DNA of 64,000 nucleotides from an uncultured Phycisphaerales bacterium (lineage in GTDB: Bacteria; Planctomycetota; Phycisphaerae; Phycisphaerales; SM1A02), in contig CALKEP010000008.1 in assembly GCA_938084645.1 (NCBI GenBank), positions 1 to 64,000 of the forward strand, given 5' to 3'. How positions within the stretch are numbered: the stretch's first letter is position 1; every line of letters starts with the position of its first letter. The position numbers and the translations under genes were made by a program. The notes under the pieces are model-generated. The model saw only the letters and a program-made list of their open reading frames with translations. It had not been told where the DNA came from and did no database searches. Shown one piece after another: positions 10,705 through 18,797 of this stretch.

Positions 10705-12129
10705 TCAGTCGCGATCGCCGCCGCGACGACGCGGGCGATCCGGATCCTCCGAATCACCGTCTCGCGATCGTCTCCGTTCGGCCGATCGTCCCCGCTGATC
10801 CTCGGCGTCGTCGCCACGCATCCGGTCGTCATCGTCACGGTCCCGACCGGGCCCGTCCCCGGACATCATCCGGCGGACCGCCTGCTCGAGCCGTTCGACG
10901 CGCTCGTTGAGGCGGCGGTTCTCCTCGGCGAGCCGCTTGTGATGCTCCGCGAACTGCTTCAGGGTCTCCGTCAGTTTCCGCCCGGATTCGCCCAGGCTCC
11001 GCTGAAGCTCCATGCCGCGTTCCTTGAATCGGACGTCACGCTCGCGGAACATCATCTCGATCTCGCGACGGCCGTCGTCCTGCCGCTCCATGATTCGCCC
11101 GAGTTGCCGCTCGACCTCCTCCGAGAAACCGTTCATCCGCGCGTCGGTCATCTCCGCGAGTTCGTGCATGCGGTGATCGCTCATCTCGGCGAATTCGTGA
11201 AGGCGATGCTCGGCCTCGGCCGCCCAGTGTCCGGATCGTTCGGCGATGTCCTCCATCCAGCCGGCGAACTCGTGATGGGCCTCCTCCATCATCCCCTCGA
11301 CGTGGTGGAGCATCTCTTCGAACATGTCGTCCCGGTGCCCGCGATGATCCTCGCCCTCGCGGCGGTCGTTGTCGTGGTCGAATTCCACGTCGTACTCGAA
11401 CTCCATGGAGATCTCGTCCTCGTCGTCGCCGAAGCGATCGCCGATCATCTCCCGGATCACGACTTCCATCTCGCGGGCGAAGTTCTCCATCGAAGCCGAT
11501 TCCCCGCGGTCGCCGTCGCGGGAGGCGTCATCCGGATCCCCGGCACCGAGCTTCGGCGCGAGGGTCAGGATCTCGCCTTCGCGACGGACCTTCAGTCGCA
11601 CTCGTTCTCCCGGTGACCGTTCCGAGATCGTCTTCGCGAGGGTCGACGTGTTCACCCGCCCCATGTCTCCGCGTGTTCCACCGATCGCGACGATCACATC
11701 CCCTTCGCGGAGTCCGACGCGGGCGGCGGCGGAGTCGGGCATGACGCCCGCGACCCGGACCCCGTCCTCCACGTCCGCCATCGCGATTCCGAGCATCGTC
11801 CGCCTCGAGGCGGCTCCGTCTCGATCACCCGCCCTCGCGCCGCCGGGGATCGCGAGTCGTCGAACCTCCTCGTCGCCGTCCATGAGGATGAACATCCCGC
11901 TCGCTTCGTCCATGCGGACCTCGCCGTCATGGCGTTCGCCATCGATCACGACCACGGTCTCCCCGTCGGTCGCGATGACCTCGATCGTCCTGGTCTCGGT
12001 CCGAGGCGCATCGTCCTGCGACGTGGGGCCCGGCATGCAACCAACGGCGGTTGCGGAGAGGAATCCAAGCCCCACGGCCATCGTGGCGATGAAGCGGGGG
12101 TGAAAGGCCTGGGTCGGGGATGCACGCAT
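10705..12129 (-). CDS. PDZ-domain lipoprotein with acidic His/Met-rich helical C-terminus
   Basis: Lipobox-like AVGC; PDZ MLGI..GVRVAGVMPDSAAARVGLREGDVI; CAGGAG RBS before ATG 12129. Confidence 0.75.
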   Translation of the reverse strand: MRASPTQAFHPRFIATMAVGLGFLSATAVGCMPGPTSQDDAPRTETRTIEVIATDGETVVVIDGERHDGEVRMDEASGMFILMDGDEEVRRLAIPGGARAGDRDGAASRRTMLGIAMADVEDGVRVAGVMPDSAAARVGLREGDVIVAIGGTRGDMGRVNTSTLAKTISERSPGERVRLKVRREGEILTLAPKLGAGDPDDASRDGDRGESASMENFAREMEVVIREMIGDRFGDDEDEISMEFEYDVEFDHDNDRREGEDHRGHRDDMFEEMLHHVEGMMEEAHHEFAGWMEDIAERSGHWAAEAEHRLHEFAEMSDHRMHELAEMTDARMNGFSEEVERQLGRIMERQDDGRREIEMMFRERDVRFKERGMELQRSLGESGRKLTETLKQFAEHHKRLAEENRRLNERVERLEQAVRRMMSGDGPGRDRDDDDRMRGDDAEDQRGRSAERRRSRDGDSEDPDRPRRRGGDRD

Positions 12130-12294
12130 GGGAATCTCCTGGACGAGGGACGGGGCTGATTGGCGATCCTGGTGGCCCGGTACCGGGCCGATCGACGGCT
12201 CATCGGCACAGCGACCGGAAGCATGTCCGGCGTGCTGCATGATCGTTGTTCCGAGATGGGAATGCGAGGTTTCACCCTCGAATCGGAATTTTGG

Positions 12295-13392
12295 TCAGGA
12301 AACGCTGATGCTGGGCATCTGGAGCTTGCCTTGCATGGAAGCCATCGAGATCCGGGATGCGGTCTGGGTCACGATGGCGTCGAACGACTTCGCGAGGCTC
12401 GGGTCGTCCCAGTTCGCGGTCGGATCACCGAGATCGGAGTTGACGCGGAGGGCGGGGGTGATCGGAACGCCACCCAGGAAGGGCAGCCCGAGTTCCTGGG
12501 CGAGGGTCTCCGCGCCACCCCGGCCGAAGAGGTCGTATTCCTTGCCGTCGTCGCCGACGAAGTAACTCATGTTCTCGACGATGCCGAGCACTTCGACGCC
12601 GAGTCCTTCGAACATCTTCACGGCGCGACGGGCGTCGTCCTGCGCCACCTTCTGGGGCGTGCACACGACGATCGCGCCGGTCAGGGGAAGCAGCTGGGCG
12701 AGGGTGAGCGGGACGTCGCCGGTGCCGGGAGGGAGATCGACCACGAGGTAGTCGAGCTCCTCCCACTCGGTCTGCAGGGCGAGTTGCTTGAACGCCCCAT
12801 GGGCCATCGGTCCCCGCCAGACGAGAGCCTTGTCCGGTTCGACGAGCTTGCCGATCGTCATCGACTTGATGCCGTGGGACTCGAAGGGCATCAGCATCGA
12901 GCCGCGGGCCGTGACCTCGGTGTCACCGAGGCCGAGCATGGTCGGAAGCGACGGGCCGTAGATGTCCCCGTCGAGCAGCCCCACCCGCGCACCGTGGCGG
13001 GCGAGGCCCACGGCGAGGTTGGTGGAGATCGTGCTCTTGCCGACGCCGCCCTTGCCCGCACCGACCGCGACGATCTGTCGCACGCCGGGAAGCGGGCTCG
13101 TTTCGTCGCGAGCCTTTTCGTTCGGTCGTCGGACGTCGGCCGTGAACTCGACCTCGATCACGTCCACGGGATGCCCGACCTCGTCCGCCGCGCCACGGAC
13201 CGCCGCCTCGATGTCACCCTGGATCTTGTCCTTCATGGGACAGGCGGGGGTCGTGAGTTCGACGGTGATCATCACCCGTGGACCATCGACGTCGTGCCGC
13301 TTGACCATGCCGAGCGTGACGAGGTCCTTTCCGAGGTCGGGATCGCGGACGGTGCGGAGCGCGTCGAGAATGCGTTCTGGTGTGAGGGCCAT
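12295..13392 (-). CDS. mrp: Mrp/NBP35 (ApbC) Fe-S cluster carrier ATPase
   Basis: N-terminal DPDLGKDLV..TTPACP, GKGGVGKST, DGDIYGPS, WRGPM, DLPPGTGD and VENMS. Confidence 0.92.
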   Translation of the reverse strand: MALTPERILDALRTVRDPDLGKDLVTLGMVKRHDVDGPRVMITVELTTPACPMKDKIQGDIEAAVRGAADEVGHPVDVIEVEFTADVRRPNEKARDETSPLPGVRQIVAVGAGKGGVGKSTISTNLAVGLARHGARVGLLDGDIYGPSLPTMLGLGDTEVTARGSMLMPFESHGIKSMTIGKLVEPDKALVWRGPMAHGAFKQLALQTEWEELDYLVVDLPPGTGDVPLTLAQLLPLTGAIVVCTPQKVAQDDARRAVKMFEGLGVEVLGIVENMSYFVGDDGKEYDLFGRGGAETLAQELGLPFLGGVPITPALRVNSDLGDPTANWDDPSLAKSFDAIVTQTASRISMASMQGKLQMPSISVS

Positions 13393-13646
13393 CGGGTCGC
13401 CTGAAAAGAGGAGCGAGGAGCCTCCCGAGTCGGGAGGGGCGTTTCAAGGTCCGGGAACCGAGCGGTTCGGTCCGGTCGCTGCAAGGATCTCACCTCCCGG
13501 GGGAGGACGGTCGATCATGATACGACGAGCCGCGTCGGCGACACGGTGGTTTCGCGGCATCGCCGCCGCGAGTTGCAACCGGCTCGGATCTCGGCCGTTT
13601 CCTTCCGGTCACGGCCCCGTCTGAACGCCCCAGGGAATCCACCCGC

Positions 13647-14384
13647 ATGAATCGACTCCGCTCAACGTCTCTTCTCCTGATCGCCGTTTCGACGTTCGGC
13701 GGCGTTTCCGTCCTGGGCGCGACGCCGCCCAAGGGGCAGGACTCCGTTTCGGGGTCCAAGGAGCTCGATCCGGGAAGTCCCGCGAAAGTCACCGGTGCGA
13801 AGATCCGGACGGTCGATCCGATTCGAAGCGGCGTGTCGGAGGCGGGCTGGCTCGACGCGCTGCGGCATGTGCAGGTCACGGAGCTTCAGGCCCCCCTGAT
13901 CACGAAGATCGTCCGCACCTACCTCGAGCAGGTCGAACACTGGCGGCAGACCATGGGCCTGGAGCTCGAATCGGTGATCACCGAGATTCGAGGGATCCGG
14001 GAAGCGGGCGGCGACATTCCACCGGAACTCACCACCCGCGTTCGAATGATCCGGGGCGCGATGCCGAAGTGGAACGTGACGCAGCAGCGGATCATTTCGG
14101 AACTGGCGCCGACCCAGGTGGAATCACTGCTTCTCGAGATCGATCGGTACAAGGCCAGGCAGCAGGAGATTCGCCGCGTCGAGAATCGCCGACGCGCGAT
14201 GCGGAATGCAGGCAAGGCGAAGTCCGTCGACGCGGTGGAACCGCCCGGCGCTGGCGCCGCCACCGTCGGTGCTTCCGGCGTCGACTCGAAGCCACCGGCG
14301 CCGAAACCGTGGGGTTTCATCCAGTCGGAGACGCCCACGGAATCCGTCGATCAGGCCGCGGCGCCGACGAAGACGGACGGCTGA
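13647..14384 (+). CDS. Secreted helical protein, possibly Spy/CpxP (LTXXQ)-like
   Basis: Signal peptide; two LTXXQ-like motifs (VTELQ, LAPTQ) flanking a long helical segment. Confidence 0.45.
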   Translation: MNRLRSTSLLLIAVSTFGGVSVLGATPPKGQDSVSGSKELDPGSPAKVTGAKIRTVDPIRSGVSEAGWLDALRHVQVTELQAPLITKIVRTYLEQVEHWRQTMGLELESVITEIRGIREAGGDIPPELTTRVRMIRGAMPKWNVTQQRIISELAPTQVESLLLEIDRYKARQQEIRRVENRRRAMRNAGKAKSVDAVEPPGAGAATVGASGVDSKPPAPKPWGFIQSETPTESVDQAAAPTKTDG

Positions 14385-14404
14385 CCGGAACCCGGCCCGC
14401 CGCG

Positions 14405-14450
14405 TGAAACGACGACCGCCCCGGTTCGCACCGGGGCGGTCGTCGTTTCA
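14405..14450. terminator. Perfect 21-bp hairpin, likely bidirectional terminator
   Basis: tgaaacgacgaccgccccggt-tcgc-accggggcggtcgtcgtttca between convergent stops at 14384 and 14469. Confidence 0.75.
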
Positions 14451-14468
14451 TGCGGCCGCGAGTCTGAA

Positions 14469-15515
14469 TCACCCACCGCCGGCGACGATGATGTCGTCGT
14501 ATTCGCGGATGACCGTCGGGGTGCCGTTGGCGGCGCTGCCGACGATGTCGGTGACCGGGCTGCTCGGGCCCCCGGGGCCGTCCTCCACGCTGAAGAACAC
14601 CCCGTCGTTTCCGGCCGAAATCACGATGTATTCGCCTCGAGGTGCGCCGGACTGGGGCTGGCGGGCGGCGCCGATCGCAGGGGTTCGAATGATCTGCGCA
14701 AACGTGTCCTCGCGGGGTGTCGCCGAGCTGGTGGTCGTCTTGTTGATGATGCTGCCGGCGGTGTTGTCGACGGTCTGGTCCTGGGCGAGATCCCCGAGCG
14801 CGGTCGCGTTGAGAACGCGGGCCTGACTCGCGAGCGAGAACTGCGTCGATCGCACGTCCTGCCCGACCATCGGGCCGTTGGCACGGAGCCGGCGGGCGTA
14901 CATCAGGGGATTGCCCCAGGCGTCGAGCACGGTGGGGAGGAACCTGATCTCCTCGAGGACGCCGCTGTCGTCGGCGTCGTACTTGACCGCCGCGAACTGC
15001 GATCCCTTCGGACTGAAGAAGGGGGCGTATCGCTTCCCCTGGACGAACGGGCCGTCGCCGACCGCGCCGGCGTAGACCGCGATTCGAAAGGCGCCGTTCG
15101 GGCCGTTGAAGGTGATGACCGTGCCTTGCTGTCCGGATTCCTCGGGATCGAAGTCGATGCTCCCGAGGTCGTTGAAGGCGACTCCGTTGATGTAGATGGG
15201 AAGTTCGTCCTCCCGGACCGCGCCACCGGAAAGGTGCAGCACGGCGTTCTCCATCGGCGTGATGAGCGGGTCGGCGGCGAGGACCTCCTCGGGCACGATG
15301 CCGGGGTAGTAGCCGAACTGCTGGGCGAACGCATCGCACGCCTTGCCGAACTCCTCCATGACGGAGGTCGTCTCGGTGACGCGTGCCTTCTCCCGGACCT
15401 TGCCGAGCGCCGGCAGGAGGATTCCGATCAGGAGGGTGATGATGCCGATCACGACGAGCAGCTCGGTGATCGTGAAGGCGCGACGAAGAAGGGGGCGATG
15501 GAGAGTGCGGATCAT
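14469..15515 (-). CDS. Prepilin-type N-terminal methylation domain protein (GspG-like pseudopilin)
   Basis: RRAF-TITELLVVIGII..LLPAL; GspG-like DAWGNP and ISAGNDG..DDI. Confidence 0.88.
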   Translation of the reverse strand: MIRTLHRPLLRRAFTITELLVVIGIITLLIGILLPALGKVREKARVTETTSVMEEFGKACDAFAQQFGYYPGIVPEEVLAADPLITPMENAVLHLSGGAVREDELPIYINGVAFNDLGSIDFDPEESGQQGTVITFNGPNGAFRIAVYAGAVGDGPFVQGKRYAPFFSPKGSQFAAVKYDADDSGVLEEIRFLPTVLDAWGNPLMYARRLRANGPMVGQDVRSTQFSLASQARVLNATALGDLAQDQTVDNTAGSIINKTTTSSATPREDTFAQIIRTPAIGAARQPQSGAPRGEYIVISAGNDGVFFSVEDGPGGPSSPVTDIVGSAANGTPTVIREYDDIIVAGGG

Positions 15516-15775
15516 GCGAATCCTCGGCTGGTTACCGACCGATGGGCGGACCGATCACGTCCGATCGACCGTCGACCGGACCACCTCGACACGGTGTCGA
15601 GGTCACTGAATCAACTCGATGCGTTCGGCGGACGATCGGTCGGCCGAGCAGTCCGCGCGGCGATCCCCGTGGGCGGGATCGAATCCTCGCCACGCTCGTC
15701 CGCGAGAAGCATACGTCCTCGGGTGCCGATCGAGTTGCGTCAACCACGTGGATTGGCGGGAATCCGCCATGCAGG

Positions 15776-16312
15776 TCACCTCTCCGGCGTCTTTTCGGCC
15801 GTCGGAGGGCCGGTATCGGGTCCGGCTCGGAGTTGTCGGAGCCCTTCGTAGACCACCACCGCGACGGCGGTGGCGAGATTCAGGCTTCGGATCCCGGGGG
15901 CGTCGACCATGGGAAGCGTGAGGATTCGGTCCACGCCATGGGTCGCCTCGAAGTCCCCGGTGAAGTCCGGACCGACGCCGTCGCTCTCCCGTCCGAAGAT
16001 CAAGCGATCACCGCGTTGAAACGTCGCGTCCCAGATCGGCCGGCCTCGCCTGGCGGTGAGAAGCCAGGATCCGCCACCGACGGCTCGGTCGCAGTCTGGC
16101 CACGACTCGTGCTCGACGCAATCCACCTGTGACCAGTAGTCCAGCCCCGCCCGGCGAAGGGCCTTCTCGCCCATGTCGAAGCCGATGGGATGAACGACGT
16201 GCAGCCGGCAGCCGGTGGCCGCGGCGGTTCGGCCGATGTTGCCGGTGTTGTTCGGGATCTCCGGGTTGAGGAGGATGATCTCGAAGTTGGGGTGGGGAGG
16301 GACGGCGGCCAT
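15776..16312 (-). CDS. trmL: tRNA (cytidine/uridine34-2'-O)-methyltransferase
   Basis: PEIPNNTGNIGRT, LRRAGLDYW, FGRESDG and RSLNLA (SPOUT); start uncertain (16312 or 16327). Confidence 0.92.
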   Translation of the reverse strand: MAAVPPHPNFEIILLNPEIPNNTGNIGRTAAATGCRLHVVHPIGFDMGEKALRRAGLDYWSQVDCVEHESWPDCDRAVGGGSWLLTARRGRPIWDATFQRGDRLIFGRESDGVGPDFTGDFEATHGVDRILTLPMVDAPGIRSLNLATAVAVVVYEGLRQLRAGPDTGPPTAEKTPER

Positions 16313-16698
16313 GGGAGCCTTCTTCATCGGAGGTTGGCGGACGGATCGCAGCCGGGCTGGGAGGTTCGAGAACCGATTCGATCGTATCCGAGCGCGTCGG
16401 CACCGCGTCCTCGATCCGATCGAGACATCCACGGCCATGCGGCGCCGAGTGGATTCGTCCTCGCCACGAGGGCCTTCCGGGGGTTCGTGGAGCGGGTCGT
16501 GCGTCGATCGTCGGGAAAATCCAGACTTCGATGTCGCCGAATCGAATCACGGATCTAGGATGAACGTGAAACGAGGACTCCCGTGGGCACGGGTTCCTTC
16601 GGTGAGGATTCTCGTTCGAGTCCAGATCGCCATCGCGGATGCGAGGGATGGGTCGACTCCCCGGGCCGCTTCGGCGGTCGCCGAAACGGGAGCTCGCC

Positions 16699-18753
16699 AT
16701 GAACAGCTACGGCACCGCGGACATCCGCAACCTTGTACTCACCGGCCCGGGGGGATCCGGCAAGACCACGCTGGTCGAGGCGTTGCTGGCCGCCGCGGGC
16801 GCGATCCCCAAGGCCGGTCGGGTCGAGCGGGGCGAGACCGTCACCGATCACGATCCACTCGAGCGTGAAGTGGGACGAAGCCTCGACTCCGCGCTGGTCC
16901 ACTTCGACCATGGTGGCGCGCATGTGAATCTGATCGACACGCCGGGCAGCGTCGAGTTCCTCGGCAAGTCGATCAGCGTGCTGCCCGCGGTGGAGACCGT
17001 GGTGGTGGTCATCGACGCCGAAAACGGCATCGACACCGTGGTGCGGCGGATCATGCGTATCGCCGAGGAGCGGAACCTTCCGCGGATGATCGTGATCAAC
17101 AAGATCGACCACGCCGGCGATCTCGAGGAACTGCTCGCGGCGGTCCAGGACACCTTCGGAGCCGTCTGCCAGCCGATCAACCTTCCCGCCTCCGGCGGGA
17201 CCGAGGTCATCGACTGCTTCGGTCGGGCCGACGGCGAGAGCGACCTCGGGCCGGTGTCGGATTTCCACGAGCGGATCGTCGACCAGGTCGTCGAGGTCGA
17301 CGAAATGCTCATGTCGACCTATCTCGAGACCGGCGAGGTGTCGCCCGAGGCGCTGCACGCCCCGTTTGAAAAGGCGCTTCGCGAAGCGCATCTGGTCCCG
17401 GTCTGTTTCACCGCCGCCGCTGCGGGGACCGGCGCGAACGAGTTGCTGGACGCGATCGTCCGACTCTGTCCGAATCCGACGGAGGGGAATCCCCGACCCT
17501 TCCTCCACGACGTCGATGGCGAGGAGGTGGAGATGCTGCCCTCGATGCGTGACGACGACCACCTTCTCGGCCACGTGTTCAAGGTGGCCAGCGATCCCTA
17601 CGCGGGGAAGCTCTGCTTCTTCAAGATCCACCAGGGGACGCTCGAAGCCGGAGGTCACCCCAAGGCCGACGACGGACGCAAGCCGATCCGGGTGGCCCAC
17701 CTCCTGAAGGTGCAGGGCGCGAAGCACCACGAGCAGGGCCGGATCGTGGCCGGCGACATCGGCGCGGTCGCGAAGATCGAGCACCTCCACTACGACAGCG
17801 TGCTCCATGACGGTTCGATCGGGGAACACATCCATCTCCGCCCCCTGCCGCTTCCCCGTCCGATGTTCGGCATCGCGATCGAGGCCGCGGATCGAAACGC
17901 GGAGGCGAAACTCGCGGAGGCGATGCACAAGATGCTCGAGGAGGACCCCACCCTCACCCTCGAGCAGGTGAAGGCGACGCACCAGACCGTTCTTCGTGGT
18001 CTCGGTGACATGCACGTCAGCATGAAGCTTCGGACACTGCAGGATCGATACGGCGTCGTGGTCGAAACCGCGGCACCGAAGGTCGCCTACAAGGAGACCG
18101 TCACCGCGAAGGCGGAGGGGCACCATCGCCACAAGAAGCAGAGCGGCGGCTCCGGACAGTTCGGCGAGGTGTTCCTCCGGGTCGAGCCGCTTCCGGCCCG
18201 GACGGGCGGGGCGGCGACCTTCGAGTTCGTCGACGAGACGTTCGGAGGAAGCGTCCCGAAGCAGTACATGCCCGCGATCGAGAAGGGCGTCCGCAACGTG
18301 ATGGAACACGGCGCCATCGCGGGCTATCCGATGCAGGGGATCAGGGTGAGCGTCTATGACGGCAAGCATCATCCCGTCGATTCGAAGGAGATCGCGTTCA
18401 TGAAGGCGGGCTCGCGGGCCTTCATCGATGCGGTCGAAAAGGCCGGGCCGTCGCTTCTCGAGCCGATGGTCTCGATGGAGATCACCGTCGAATCGGGGTT
18501 GATCGGAGACATCGCGGGCGACATCTCCGGCCGGCGCGGACGCATCGTCGGCACCGACATGGTGGCGGGTGGCCAGGCGGTCATTCACGCGGAGGCGCCG
18601 CTCTCGGAGGTGATGAACTACGCCAACCAGCTGAAGTCGATCACCGGCGGGGCCGGCGCCTTTCACATGGAGTACAGCCACGACGAACCGACTCCGGCGA
18701 AGATCCAGGCGGAGGTGGTGGCCGCCTACCGGCCCGGCGGCGACGACGACTGA
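16699..18753 (+). CDS. Elongation factor G-like protein (EF-G2 paralogue)
   Basis: GPGGSGKTT, DTPG, NKID, HKKQSGGSGQFG, DSKEIAF and LLEPM; not in an rpsL-rpsG context. Confidence 0.9.
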   Translation: MNSYGTADIRNLVLTGPGGSGKTTLVEALLAAAGAIPKAGRVERGETVTDHDPLEREVGRSLDSALVHFDHGGAHVNLIDTPGSVEFLGKSISVLPAVETVVVVIDAENGIDTVVRRIMRIAEERNLPRMIVINKIDHAGDLEELLAAVQDTFGAVCQPINLPASGGTEVIDCFGRADGESDLGPVSDFHERIVDQVVEVDEMLMSTYLETGEVSPEALHAPFEKALREAHLVPVCFTAAAAGTGANELLDAIVRLCPNPTEGNPRPFLHDVDGEEVEMLPSMRDDDHLLGHVFKVASDPYAGKLCFFKIHQGTLEAGGHPKADDGRKPIRVAHLLKVQGAKHHEQGRIVAGDIGAVAKIEHLHYDSVLHDGSIGEHIHLRPLPLPRPMFGIAIEAADRNAEAKLAEAMHKMLEEDPTLTLEQVKATHQTVLRGLGDMHVSMKLRTLQDRYGVVVETAAPKVAYKETVTAKAEGHHRHKKQSGGSGQFGEVFLRVEPLPARTGGAATFEFVDETFGGSVPKQYMPAIEKGVRNVMEHGAIAGYPMQGIRVSVYDGKHHPVDSKEIAFMKAGSRAFIDAVEKAGPSLLEPMVSMEITVESGLIGDIAGDISGRRGRIVGTDMVAGGQAVIHAEAPLSEVMNYANQLKSITGGAGAFHMEYSHDEPTPAKIQAEVVAAYRPGGDDD

Positions 18754-18797
18754 TCATCGGGGTCGCCTCGTCGTTGCGGCACGGCTACCCTCGTGCG

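Noticed and set aside
10654..11616. Hydrophobic Leu/His/Val-rich plus-strand ORF resembling a membrane protein
   Set aside because: Its composition is the reverse complement of the Glu/Met/Asp-rich PDZ gene
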